Shown piece after piece: positions 1 to 12,767 of a stretch of 64,000 nt of DNA. Source of the stretch: Azolla caroliniana (lineage: Eukaryota; Plantae; Polypodiophyta); the NCBI GenBank assembly GCA_043228905.1, contig JBHGNT010000007.1:12896001-12960000 (forward strand), written 5' to 3'. Numbering within the stretch: position 1 is the first letter of the stretch; each line of letters starts with the position of its first letter. The position numbers were made by a program, and so were the translations under genes. The notes beneath the pieces are model-generated. The model saw only the letters and a program-made list of their open reading frames with translations, was not told the origin of the DNA and made no database searches.

Positions 1-363
1 AGACCAAAGAAGAGATTACATCTTTAAGTGTTGTCTCGTCTTCGAGAACAACAAATCAAAATAAAATAAATATTCTTAGTAAATATAAAAGTAAATTGGA
101 TAAAAAGGGACGAAATAATTTGGTTTTCGGCACATGTGAGATTTTTAAGTTAGATATATTATAACTTTTGTCTTTGAAAGATCTCTAGCATAGGTTGATC
201 CAAAATGGAGAGGTCTTTGAAGCGAGGGAAGCACCTGCGATGGCAGGAGATAATGGCCTACTTGCGCAACAAATTGCGGTTGTCCGATCTATTGTAACCT
301 CATAGAGAAAAGTGTGCAGAAAAATGAAGAGGAAACCCTAGCCGCTAAAAGTCCCTATCTCAT
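1..363 (-). mobile_element. Dispersed repeat, probable 3' end of a non-LTR retroelement (copy 1)
   Basis: 1-252 aligns by eye with 3200-3452; it is cut at 364 by a Copia LTR. Non-LTR identity is inferred from the (TTTC)n tail of copy 2. Confidence 0.5.
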
Positions 364-566
364 TGTTGAGAATGATTAAAAGTTATAACAGCTAGCCCAA
401 CGGCTAGTTAACTCCAACAACTAGTTAGCCCAACAGCCAGATCTTGGCCTTTATAAAGAGGAACTTTCCCCTCATGTAAATATGAGTGATCTCTGTATTT
501 TCTCCCTCCTGTTGTGACATACCAATTTATATTATTGAACAAATGTGGCTTCTCATTTTTTCTATT

Positions 567-578
567 TGGTATCAGAGC
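567..578 (+). promoter_or_regulatory. Primer-binding site, tRNA-iMet
   Basis: TGGTATCAGAGC directly after the LTR. Confidence 0.9.
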
Positions 579-3145
579 ATAGATCCGCCCCTCTGCAAAA
601 CCTTAGATCAGCCCTCTGCAAAACCCTAGATCCACCCCTTTGTTGGTATGTCAACAATCGTAACAACACTGTCCTAGAATCCAAGAGAAGAAAGGGGGTT
701 TTTCCTTTTGGGATGACATTGCAATGTGATTGAGAGGTGACTTGAGAAAAGAAGTCAGAAGAGGAGAGCAGAGATAGGCTAAGTTGAGAAGACGGATGAG
801 GTGTTCTCAAAATTGAATGAGGATGAGGTGAAAACATTGGTGAAATACATGAAGCAGGCTGAGATTGTAGCATATGGAGGTCTGACAGGAACACAACCAC
901 CACCTTGACTTGAACTCCTCCCAATTGAGTTCAAACTCGATGGACCAACCGCATACTTGAGTTGGTCGCATCGGATTACGGGTGCCTCGGCAAGGAGAAG
1001 CCTTGACGGCTACATAACGGGAGAAGAGAAAGAACCTCATGTTAAAATGAGTAGTGAATGGAAACCATGGAGAGCTACCCACATGTCTTTGTATATGTGG
1101 TGTCTCAACTCCATGGTTCCATCAATCGCCACAACTGTTGATGGAATTTTGAGTGTGAAGGAGATTTGGGAGAAATTGCAAAAGACGTATGCTGGGAGGG
1201 GAAATAACATGAGAGTATTTCAAATCGAGCAGGAGATAGATGCCGTCTGGCAGGGAGATAGGATGATTTAGGGATATGCCATAGAGCTGGAGCATCTATG
1301 GGCAGAATATGATCATTTCTTGCCTGTGACAATGTGCAATGATCCTCAATGTAAGAGCAAGGAAATTTCTGCTCAAAGAAAAACCATGCAATTTTTGAAA
1401 CATCTCAACCTGTCGTTTGATCAAAGAAGGGCAGTTCTTCTAGCCAAGGCCCAAATTCCCACGCTTGATGAGGCAATTGCGACTATGATATAGGAGGAGA
1501 GTAGAATGAAGTTGCTCTTTGACACCACCGAACTTCCAGGGGTATGATCGGTACTAATGGTGTCAAATTCAAGCGGAAGTGAAAATCGAAAATGCTACAA
1601 TTGTGGTGAAGCTGGTCATTTAAAGAATGTTTGCTCTAAACCATCTAAGGAGAGAGAATATGGAGAACGTGGACAAACTAGAGGTCGTGGTCGAGGGGGC
1701 TGAAGAGGTGGAAGAGGAGGTCACCAAGCAAACCTGATGGTAGCAAAAGAAGAGGAAGGAACTAAGGTGGTGTTCACGAAAGAGGATCAAGCTCTCTTAG
1801 AAATACTTAGGAGGAAGCAAAGAGCTGCAGATGATACTTCATTCATGTCAAGAGGTAATGTTGCCACCTAGGCTTATTCGGCTACAAGTACTAGCAACAC
1901 AAATACTCTTGCCTCTACACTAGAATGGATAATTGATTCTGGTGCATCTAGGCATGTGACAGGTAATGCTAGTGAATTCTCCTCGTATACCCACATAGCA
2001 ATGCCAGAGAGCATTCAAATTGCTGATGGTACAACACAACTTGTAGTTGGTATAGGTACAGTGAAATGTACCTACTCTGTGACATTGTCTAATGTGTTGC
2101 ATGCTCCTTTCCTAGTAAACCTATTATCCATAAGTTCTATCATACACCAACTAAAATGTGTTGTTTCTTTTGATATTCCCAAGGTGATATTCTAGGAGAA
2201 AGGGACAAGTCGGAGACTTGGGATTGACACATGGCATAGCGGACTATGGTATTTGGATCGTGAAGGGCCGGATTCAGCATTAGCATCTATGGTAGAAGGA
2301 ACATATGTAAGGGGATCTAAAATGAGTTATGAGAACTTGTTGATACTTTACCACCAACGTATGGGACATATCTCTTATGGCGTTTTGAGTCGGGTGTATC
2401 CACACCTTTTTGAAAAGGCTGATAAAATAAAACTTGTTTGTGATGCATGTGAATTTGGTAAGCTTACTAAAAGCTCATATGCTAGTTCAGGTCATAGGAG
2501 TTCCCTTGCATTTGATGTAATACATTCCGATGTTTGGGGACCGTGTTCTACAAGTTCTATTAATAGATATCGATATTTTGTCTCTTTCATTGACTGCTTC
2601 TCTCGTGTGACTTGGTTATATTTAATGAGGAAAAAGAATGAAGTATTTGCTTGTTTTAAAGGTTTTCATAGAGCAGTTCAAACTCAATACGGTGCAGTAG
2701 TAAAAGTGTTGAGGTCTGATAATGGAATAGAGTATGCTAACATTACATTTAGGGCATACCTCTTAGATCAAGGAATACAACATCAAACTACATGCCCATA
2801 TACACCAGCACAAAATGGAGTAGCAGAGAGGAAGAATAGACATCTTCTACAGGTAACAAGAAGCATGATGATTTCTATGAATGTCCCAAAGCAGCTGTGG
2901 GGACAGGCAATTTTGATGGTGGCCGCATTGATCAATAGAATACCCACTAGAGTATTGGCATGGAAGTCTCCATGTGAGTTGTTACAAGGGAATAACTCTG
3001 GAATCCTTCCTTTGAAGGTGTTTGGATGTGTGTTTTGTAAAGGACAGTAGACCATCTGTAGGAAAACTTGATCCTAGAACTGTGAAATGTGTATTTGTGG
3101 GATACTTTGCCACACAAAAAGGCTATGTTTGTTGGATTCGAGTAG

Positions 3146-3452
3146 AAAGAAAGAAAGAAAGATATATTAATGTCTTTTAAGAGGCCAAAATGGCCTATAA
3201 GACCAAATAAGAGATTACATCTTGATTGTTGTCGCGTCTTTGAGAACAAATCAAAATAAAATAAATACTACACAGTAAATATAAAAGTAAATAAGATGAA
3301 AAGAGAAGAAACGAGGGAATCTGGTTTTTGGCACATGTGAGATTCTCAAGTTAGGTATATTGTAGCTTTTGTCTTCGAAAGATCTCTAGCATAGGTTGAT
3401 CCAGAATGGAAATGTCTTCGAAGTGAGGGAATCACCTACGATGGCGGGAGAT
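3146..3452 (-). mobile_element. 5'-truncated non-LTR-like insertion with (TTTC)n tail (copy 2) inside the Copia integrase C-terminus
   Basis: Removing it rejoins KGYVCWIRVER to RLFVNMDVHFRE; (GAAA)n at 3145-3161; homologous to 1-252; junction microhomologies and no clear TSD. Confidence 0.7.
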
Positions 3453-3782
3453 TATTTGTGAACATGGATGTGCATTTCAGAGAGTTGGAGCCATATTATA
3501 AACAAGAGGTAACTTCACCCTTTGATGACTTAATTGAGACTGAAAATATAAGGGAAGGAGATAATGGTGAGAGGTTGCTAAAAATAGGATCAATTCCTTT
3601 GCCGATCCCTACATCAGCTGAGAAACAAGTGAGCGTAGGAGATAAGGAAGAAGAAGGAAAACAAGACGAGGAACCTATATGTGTTGGGACTGAAGCTGAG
3701 GGGGAGCTAAAGGTGTATACACGGAAGAGGAGGCAAAAAGAAGGAAATATGAACACGTGTTCAGTGCCACTTGTGCCATCAA

Positions 3783-3957
3783 GTCATGGGGCACCGATGC
3801 TTTGCTCTTTATCATGCGTGCAATCATTGACACTAAAGGTCTCTCTAAATCTTTCCAATGATTTTCCTTGTTAAGATTTGGTCCCCACGTTTCTACTCCA
3901 TAGAGAAGAGTTGGTGTGACCAGTGTATCAATTAACCACAACTTAGTTCTTGGGGCC
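3783..3957 (-). pseudogene. LINE reverse transcriptase C-terminal fragment
   Basis: TKLWLIDTLVTPTLLYGVETWG matches the LxYGxExW motif of RTE/CR1-group LINE RTs. Confidence 0.7.
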
Positions 3958-4080
3958 TTTATCCCCAACAACCTCTCACGTAAAGGACCAAGGAGGCCCC
4001 TTTAAGCTAAGTATCTCCCACGATCTGAATACAGAAAATAGTGGATGTTGTGCCTTGGGTAGACACTTTGTGAGAGCATA

Positions 4081-4296
4081 TCAGGATTTTGTGAAGTATT
4101 GACCTCTAGCACCTCTTTGATGAAGTGATATTTCACATCGATATGCTTTTATGCAAGCATGAAACATTGCATTCTTTGCCAAACATATGGCACTTTGGCT
4201 ATTACATCCAAGAACAGGTGCCTTTCCAAGAATCCTAAACTCACTGCACAAGTGGGCTAACCAAATGGCTTCTTTGGAAGGCTTTGTGGCTTGCAA
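4081..4296 (-). pseudogene. Copia RNase H fragment
   Basis: KEAIWL...CNSQSAICLAKNAMFHA. Confidence 0.8.
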
Positions 4297-4594
4297 ATGG
4301 GTTCCATGAAGGTATTAATTGCCACGCCCACAGTTAATGGAGAGTGGGGCTCCTGATGATATTTCCAAAAGAATTTGAAGATAAATAAGCTTTTGATAAT
4401 ATTGGATCCTCTAAAGACTAGGACTTCCAATCATTGCCTCTTGCCCTTCAGACCTAGCTCAAAATTGATTAATATTTCTTCAATTTAGATGTGAATCTCT
4501 TATGTAGGCTTTGGGAACATCAATTTTGAAATTAAGTACTGTTGAATGGTCATTAAGAGTACGTAAACACTCATATAGTTTGATATCTCCACAG

Positions 4595-7500
4595 AAAACA
4601 AAGTATGGTTTCAACCTACTTGTACGGGAAGTGCAAGCGATGGTGAAAATGCTGGGCCAAGCCCACGTGCATTTCATGTTGCTGTTGCCATTGACTGCCA
4701 TATGTTTATCTTTGGAGGGCGGTCTGGGAGGAATCGGTTTGTTTACTTTCTGCTTTTTCTGAATTTTACAAGCCTTTGGAATTTGGTGGTTTTCTTTGTA
4801 TATCTATCAACTATTGCTGTAATTCTACTAATATTTTTGTATTTTGCAGGTTGGGAGATTTTTGGATGCTTGACACCGGTAAGCATGAGTTTTTGTTGAT
4901 GGCATCAGTTGTTTGACATGGATACTGTAGTTTTGTTTTTCTCTTTTATTTCTGACATCTAACCTCATCCAAGGTATCGTAAAGTTCATATTTCACTAAT
5001 TAGTCTAGATAAAACCAGCTCTCGAAGTCTGGACAAAGTATTTTCTTTATATACTCTTCTGTGTGGCTTTTTTATTACCAAAAGTTGATAGACAAGAAAT
5101 CTGGAAAGCCTAAAATGGTTCCCCCAAAAATATCCTTAAAGGATCTTTACTGATTCCTGGACAATCAGCAGAATGCCTATCCCTTATCTAACAATGGCAA
5201 GTATTGTCATGATGAGATGAATGCATAGCTCTGGCTAATGGAGAACTTGTCAATCCATTCATGTCATGATTCCAATGTGTGATGATCCACATCTTTCGAA
5301 TTAAGGAACCCTGAAATATGCCATGATTGTGATGCATAAAATGGTGCGTTAGCAACTTTAGAAAGTCTTCTATACAATGAATACTTCTGATGCATTCTAT
5401 ATGATGGTGGTGTCTTTCTGGTTAAAAGTTGGGTGAATCTCTAGCATGAATATCATACCCTCAATTTTGGTCAACTTTAAATGTCTATAATCATCATGGT
5501 TATATTTGCTTATCAATCACAGGATTTCTAAATTGAAGGCTGGGTATGTAAATTGGAGTAGGTTACTTCAAATCTGTCATTTACAGTAGGTTGCTTATCT
5601 AATGGTTGCAATCTTCTATTCTAATTGGATTTCTCTAGAGGCAGTAATGGTAGGGCTAGGTTTGATGATGACAGATGTTGAGCATGATAAATGTACAGTG
5701 CTTGCATATGCTCAACAAGCCTTTGACAGAATTGACTGACAGTCCAGATGTGTAATTAATATTGAATCTTCAGTTTCAGCCTTCATCCAGCTTGGTGATT
5801 TATGCTGCAAGAATTGTTATTGAATGCCTCTATATGTAACTTCACTTCATGGTCAAGTACTTCTATTCTACATGTCTATTTTATGACAATGATGGTATAT
5901 TATGGAGGATACAATTTGTTGGTATTTCATTTGTCACCTTGATGAAGTGAGTTTTTTGTGACTGATTCAGTAAGCTGATTAGGAACCTCAAAACTTATTT
6001 TCCATCAGATTTATTGGTTTATTTCATGCAGATATTTGGCAATGGGCAGAACTGACAGGTTTCGGTGATGTTCCATCACCACGAGATTTCTCTGCTGGTG
6101 CTTCAGTTGGCAATGGAAAAGTTGTCTTGTGAGTGATTGGTGCTTTCCTGTTGGATTATAAAATTTCTCCATGATGCATTGGAATGAAGAGCTCTAACAT
6201 AATACTGGTCATGCAGGTATGGTGGATGGGATGGATCAAAGTGGTTGTCTGATACATATATCCTAGACCCAAGTAAAAAACAAGCTCAATCTCTGTTGTG
6301 TAAAAGAGGGGCTTAGAATTTTGTCACACATTACGCAATTTAGAATTTGTGTCTCAATTATTTTAAGTCCCTTAGGTCACCTGCTCTTGTTTAAAATTGG
6401 AGAAAGAAACCATCACAAATTACAGACCTTAAAATCTCATAGTTATCTCTATCAATTCTCCAATTTGTAATGAATGCAGGCTCTTTGGAGTGGACACAAC
6501 TCCCTGTTGTAGGACCAACACCTCCACCGCGCTGTGGGCATACAGCAACTATGGTTGAGAAACGTTTGCTTATACTAGGAGGCAGAGGTGGGCTATTTGA
6601 TTTCTTTATCTATTGACATTTAATGCAAAACATTTGATGTCAGTTCTTAGTGATGTGATTTCATGTTGATGATGTAATAAAACTTTCATATACTTCTATG
6701 GAATTTTCCTTCATTAAAAATTACGACAAATAAAACTTCAAGTGAATCTGATTTAGATATTTAGATAAAGTTAACTGTGCACAATATTTTTTCTGAAATC
6801 TGAGAAGCTATATTTGCTTTATTTCATTGAAGACACTGAAAATCCATTTAATTAGAACTGTTGTGTTGAGAGTATCCTGGTGAATTGTGTGGGTGCAACA
6901 GTTGTTATGTGCAATTGATAATATAATTTCTTATATATGGCCATGATATCTACTTTTGAAATTTAGGCGGTGGTGGTCCGATCATGGGAGATTTGTGGGC
7001 TCTAAAAGGGCTTTTTGATGAAGGTTTTACTCTTTTCGACGAAACATAGTTATCTTAGAGAATAGTACATCTTTTTTTATTAGATCCATGTCCAACACTT
7101 ATTGTAATACTATTTTCTGCAAGAAAGAAAAAGATTCACCAGCTTGGACACAATTAAAGCTACCCGGCCAAGCTCCTGCACCTCGTTGTGGTCATAGTGT
7201 CACTGCTGGAGGACATCAAGTAAGGAAAGAATGAGATTGCATGGTTCTTTTCTTATCTGTATCTGTATTGTAATCACATGGTTAGATAACACTAACTGAT
7301 AACATTTCTGATGGTAAGTATTGGTTTGATCTCTTAGAATTTTATGAGTAACTATTTAAGGGAAATATTGCATCGAGGATTTGTTTTACCTAAACCTCCT
7401 TTTTATGTGATAGGCTCAAACAGGAACATGCTAGAATTGCATGGATGCCATTAGGTTTTAAATGCACGTAAAAAGCATCACTCTTATAATATACTTATCA

Positions 7501-10500
7501 TAGTTCACACCCAGCTCATCTAGGCAATATCAGGCTGGGTTAAGGATGAATTCAAACTAAACCTTACAACAATTTTTGAGTGCTGCATGAAACTGCAGAA
7601 GAAACTGGCAATACCTGTTGCTTATGTACCATGAGGTATATTTACACCACAGAGCATTGGCTGAACAATTATTATCAGTTTTTGGCATGGACCAACGATG
7701 TATACGTCTTTGAGGAGCTTGAATGTCTGTTTATGCATGAAGAAACAATGGTATCCTTTCAAAGATTACCTTGAGTGCTTTGTGGCTAGTTAGTAGTGCA
7801 CCTATTTGGTCATATTAGTATGCCTACATTGTTGATATGTTTAGGCCACAAATAGCTTGGAGACAGAATTCATTTGACTTGACAAAGTTTGTCTCATTAA
7901 CCATTAAAAACTGCTGTTGCTCCCAGTGATGAATCTTGATGTTGCTAATGATTAATCTTCATATTTCTCTAACATGCCCATTCTTTGGGTCTTCTATCCA
8001 TTTACTTCTCTCTTTTCTAATTTAGATCAATATGGTCTAGCTTTTCTGTTTCATTACTGTGTGGATTGATTATGAACAGCTACTGGTATTTGGAGGCCAT
8101 GGAACTGGAGGATGGTTGACTCGATATGATGTATATCATAATGATTGTATTATTTTAGACCGTGGTATGTCTACTCATATTTAATTGTATTAGCTTTGAA
8201 CTGTGATATCCACTAATGAAGTGTAGCTTTGCATAAGAATTAGTTTGATGTTGCTCTGCTGCTATTGCAGAATCTGTTCAATGGAAACGACTTGCACTAA
8301 ATAGTGAATCTCCACTTCCTCGGGCATACCATTCAATGACGAGAGTTGGAAACCAGTTTCTGCTGATTGGTGGATATGATGGAAAGTCAACGTTTGGTGA
8401 TTTCTGGTGGCTTGTTTCAGAAGGTATTGTAATTTGAAATTGATATGCATAACTCTGTTTGTGGTTACTCCAATTGTTGGACAACATCACCTGTTACAGA
8501 TGATCCAATGGCCAAAAGAGCATTGCAGTCACCTCAAAAACAGCCAGATTCTGTACCCCGTCTTCCTGAGAAAACTACATCATCCCCAGAAGTAGTAAGA
8601 GATAGTATGGTAGGAACATATTTCAAGTGAGTTATTTTGCATCTTTGTTTTATCAGTATATGTATACTGATCATTCTCTTGACAGGCACTAGAGGGAGGA
8701 TTAAATTCTCCATTAGCCAAGTTGCGTAGACAACTAGGATTGCCGCCCGTTTCTATATTACCAGAAATTGGTGATTTCAAGGCAATCAACGAACAAGTTG
8801 AGAAGCAATTAGTAAATCTAGGATTGACATTGCTTCCCCTTCAGAGTGCTTCCTTGGACAGGAATGCCGTTATAAAGGTGGCTAATTACAATGTGATATT
8901 GAATACATAACTAATTAGCAATGCATGTTTTGGCTGAAATTCGATTATGTTGCAGTCGGTCCGCAAGCATTGGATTGAGTGTGATCCACGATCAGTTCAT
9001 TTGAAGGAGCTAGATCCTTTGCTACATGATTATCAGCAACTAGTTGCCTCAGCACAGGAGTATGTTAAATTGCAAACAAATATAAACAGTTTTGACCTAT
9101 TAAATAATCAATTTTTTTGGTGCAGATTGAGTGAGAATTCTTGTTATCATAATATTGATTTGAACTGTAATCAGAAAATGCTGGAAGCAATCAGGTTCCA
9201 GAAATGACTTTCCAGGAATCAGCACTATGAAATTTCGTTTCTTCCACCTAAAAAATGCCAGACAAGTATGTATTTTGTTTGTCCTTCCCTTTTCTCTACT
9301 CTTCCTCGCTGCCCCAGTAGTGCACAAAGATAAAAGCAGCAATAATGAAAGTTCTAAGGAAAAGGGATGCAGAATATGGGCATCATTCTATAAATGTAGT
9401 GCAAAATATTGTGCTCTTGAAAAACCAAACCAATATCTGAATGAAACCTGTTCTCATCATATAAGAGACAAAAATAAGAGAGGAAAATCTCATATCTTGA
9501 AGATGCAAGAATCTTGAAGGTGTCTTGCATGGTCTGATGCTTCTATGAAACAGTCATTAGGTATTCTAGTACTTGAAATTGACAAATCTTGTATTTCATT
9601 ATCTAGACGGAACTGTGCATAAATCAAAATTTTACTAGAGGGATCTTCATTTTTTTCATCGGTGTGATATCTTACCATTGACCAAATCCTTCATGAAAAT
9701 TATGGCTTAGCACCACTGGTATGCATTTTATTTTTTTGCGAACGCCTTGCCCTATAATACCAAGCAGGACTTAAGATTAGGTAAGGCCTAGAGTTGCAAA
9801 CTTGTCTTGGATATTTTACTCATTTGCAGTTTGTTTTCTGGATAGAACCTTTTAAACTCCTCCTTTATGGAACTATTCTAGGCTGAAATTCTTTATGACA
9901 GGAGAAATTGGCGGAACCATTCTTGGCGGAACCGTTCTGATTGAATTTTAAATGCTCCTTTCCCGTTTATCTGATGGTGGCTTTGACTTGTTCAATTTTA
10001 TTTCCTTCCAATAATTCATAGAAGTATGAGATGCAATCAAATGCATAGAATTGCCTTATAGGAGTCGCAATAGAATTACCAGAACTAAATTTTCTAGCCT
10101 AGTCTATCTTCGATTTTTTTTTTCTCCATAGATTTTTACCATATGCTTGAATGTAATGTAGACTTATTGACCAGCTAATTCTGTATTATATGAGGTTTGC
10201 AATTTCCAGTCACTTTCCTTAGAATTGCCATAATAAGCATAATTGTTGTAATTGTACTTCAATAGTAGTATAAGCAGCATTCTAGTTCAACCCCTCGATT
10301 TTGCAAGATCATTGAATATAATAGTGACATGAGTAAAGATTAGAAACCCAAGTACATGTTTTACCATTCGGTTATAGCCTCTATGTGAGAAAAGAGTGAG
10401 CCTGTGAGTTGATTAATTCAATTTTTTGTTGTCTGGAACAGTTACGCATAGATGACATTCAATATCTTTTAGAGGAGTACAAGCTGCTAGTTCAATCACA

Positions 10501-10516
10501 CTCTTTGGAATTGTGA
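4595..10516 (+). CDS. Kelch-repeat (galactose oxidase/kelch) protein, 5'-partial; resembles Arabidopsis At2g36360 as recalled
   Basis: Phase-consistent GT-AG exons: 4595-4736, 4850-4878, 6032-6128, 6217-6272, 6480-6587, 6967-7023, 7128-7219, 8080-8164, 8271-8423, 8500-8609, 8686-8877, 8956-9059, 9175-9265, 10442-10516 (TGA). Translation: [151 protein letters not shown]. Confidence 0.9.
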
Positions 10517-10859
10517 GAACATAAGTTTTAAGCCATCCTCGGAGATTGGAGATTTTATGTTGATGAATCAATTAAAGGGCATGTTTGGGACGATGTATGA
10601 ATAGTGTACAGGTTGCAAATAAACTTTTTCCATTTTTTTGCTAACAGTTGACAAAATAATAATTCTACTTTCAAATCACCCCTTAGTTTGTCACATTTGT
10701 TCAGCTAACATTTGTCACATCTTCATGGCCCGACAATGTTTATCTTCAGTAACATTTAAATGGGTTTCTTTAGAAAAGCTATTCTTAGCAGCATACAAGA
10801 TGAACAAAAGTTTAATTTGAATTGTTAATAAATACACTTTGACGTTTACCTTGTCAGGA

Positions 10860-10940
10860 TATATGTTATGTATGTGTGTGTATGTATGTATGTGTATGTT
10901 TACGTGTATGTCTGTATGTGTATGTACATATATATACATA
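10860..10940. repeat. (TATG)/(TG)/(TA) degenerate microsatellite
   Basis: Directly visible. Confidence 0.7.
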
Positions 10941-11698
10941 CTTAGTATGAACCATACGTACCATACGTGCATTCACATTCGAGAATGTTTCAATCATTCG
11001 AGCATGGTAAACACCCTCGAAGTATGGTAAATACCATACTTTTGTATTCATTATTTATTATAAAGTAATTTTTTATAAGGTAAGAAAGTTAAGGTAAAAA
11101 GTGTAAAAAAAAACATAAGAATGTTTTGATGACATATGCATTCATTTGTATTTGTATAAAAAAGAATGTTTGCCAATGCATTCGAGTATATTACGTACTA
11201 CGTACTATGTATACATATATATAATAGAAGGTTGGCTTTTAGTCATAGAAAATACCATGCTCTCAAAAAAGGATATTATCTTGAAACACCATTGTTTGCA
11301 TGTACATCTTACTATATCCTCACAAGATACTTTTTTGTTGGGAAGCCTCAAATGTGAGGTTAAAATGTGAAAAAGCAATGATCACAAGTGTTAGAAAAGA
11401 GGTAATTAAAACAATATTACAAAGAATATTTCTTCAAAAGGTGAAGCTAAGTAATCAGCTCATTCACATAATAGGAGTTTTTAAAGATTTATGCACGACC
11501 TCTACATGCAAAGAACTGAACGTTTTTAAAACTAGAGCTTCTAAAGTAGATTTTTTAAAATAGGACACTTTTTCTACACCGTAGATTTTGTAGGTCTATG
11601 CCTTTTCAATAATCATGAGCGCCTTATGAATTATCTAATATTTTGTAGTATGGAATTGAACCTAGAATACTAACAACAAGGAAGTCACCAGGAACCAT

Positions 11699-12242
11699 TG
11701 TTCTTATGTACATTTTGTGATATTATGTGCTAAAACTAAAAGATGTGAGTTTCTTGTATGTGCAAGGACTTTGGCTAACTGAAAATCGGATAATAATGGA
11801 TTTTGGCTATAATGGTAAATAACATCATTGTGCCCTTAGTGGGCTATATTTGTAAATAGCTCATATAGTGTATATGTGTATAAATATAGTTAGGGCAAGT
11901 AGTTAATTGGGAATGATCATTGTGAAAACAAGATAGTTGGTTGTTGCCACTGTAATTGAGTAAGTGAGAGAGAGAGTGAGAGTTATAACTTTGCCGCCGT
12001 CTGTTAGACAAAGACGAGCTCGAGGTCGGTGCTTGCGAGTCTCCTTGTATTCCTCTCTCTATATAGTGATTTGTTTCTTTGGGGTTTGTGGATCCATGTG
12101 GTTTTTCCCTTTTGGGTTTTCCACGTAAAACACTTGTGTCTCTGTACTTCTGTTCTCGGTTGTCTGTGTACTGTCATTCTCGATCTTTGCACCCGCATAC
12201 GAACGCGTATTAACTGGTTGTGGCCGGAGTCGATTCTCAATA
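11699..12242 (+). mobile_element. Solo LTR of the Tnt1/Tork-like Copia type (boundaries approximate)
   Basis: GTGGTTTTTCCC..GGGTTTTCCACGTAAA and GGTTGTGGCCG motifs are shared with the LTRs at 39920, 44232, 45584 and 50076; TATAAATA near 11879; no TSD found. Confidence 0.7.
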
Positions 12243-12767
12243 TGGACTATAACCTTCATAACCCCATTTATATATAATCACATACCCCTAGTGAAAGTTT
12301 AGTCTCTACAATTCATTGATATTGTCATGTGCATTAGTTAGAGTTTAGACTTAATCGTTCCTTTGATATCATCATATACCCCTACACAAACTTTAGATAG
12401 GATTTCCTTAATTTCATTATATACCCCTAGTTTAAGTTTTCATTATCTTTTACAAAGATGGATTTTTTTCTTTGTGTGTTGAAGGACTGGCTATTTATGG
12501 AATTTAAACACATCTCAAAATTTTATTTTATTAGATTGTACTACTTAATCGATATTATCTCAAATAAAATTGCACTCTGAGTGGGATAAATAAAATGGGG
12601 ATATGCAACATTGCACATGCACTTGATAGAGTTGTAAAATAAGATTAAGAAAACAAATGTAAAAAGGGTAAAATGTAAGGTGTTAAAGGTGCACTACAAA
12701 AATTCATAAAGTGTAAATGTGATGTGCACTTATGTGCACATGCACATGTACACTAAGGGGGAGTACA

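Larger units (their letters stand above)
364..3782 (+). mobile_element. 3'-truncated, degenerate Ty1/Copia element (short LTR, gag-PR-INT; Ale/Retrofit-like)
   Basis: LTR about 364-564 starts TGTTGAG and has TATAAA; PBS TGGTATCAGAGC at 567-578; gag at 957-1700 with knuckle CYNCGEAGHLKNVC; protease WIIDSGASRH near 1926; integrase ORF 2253-3050 (CDACEFGK, HSDVWGP, LRSDNG, QNGVAERKNRHL); many stops; no RT. Confidence 0.9.

Noticed and set aside
10638-11563. Short ORFs downstream of the kelch gene
   Set aside because: AT-rich or microsatellite-derived, with no recognisable motifs.
12270-12440. ATACCCCTA repeats as transposon subterminal motifs
   Set aside because: Only three copies, and no terminal inverted repeat or TSD was found.
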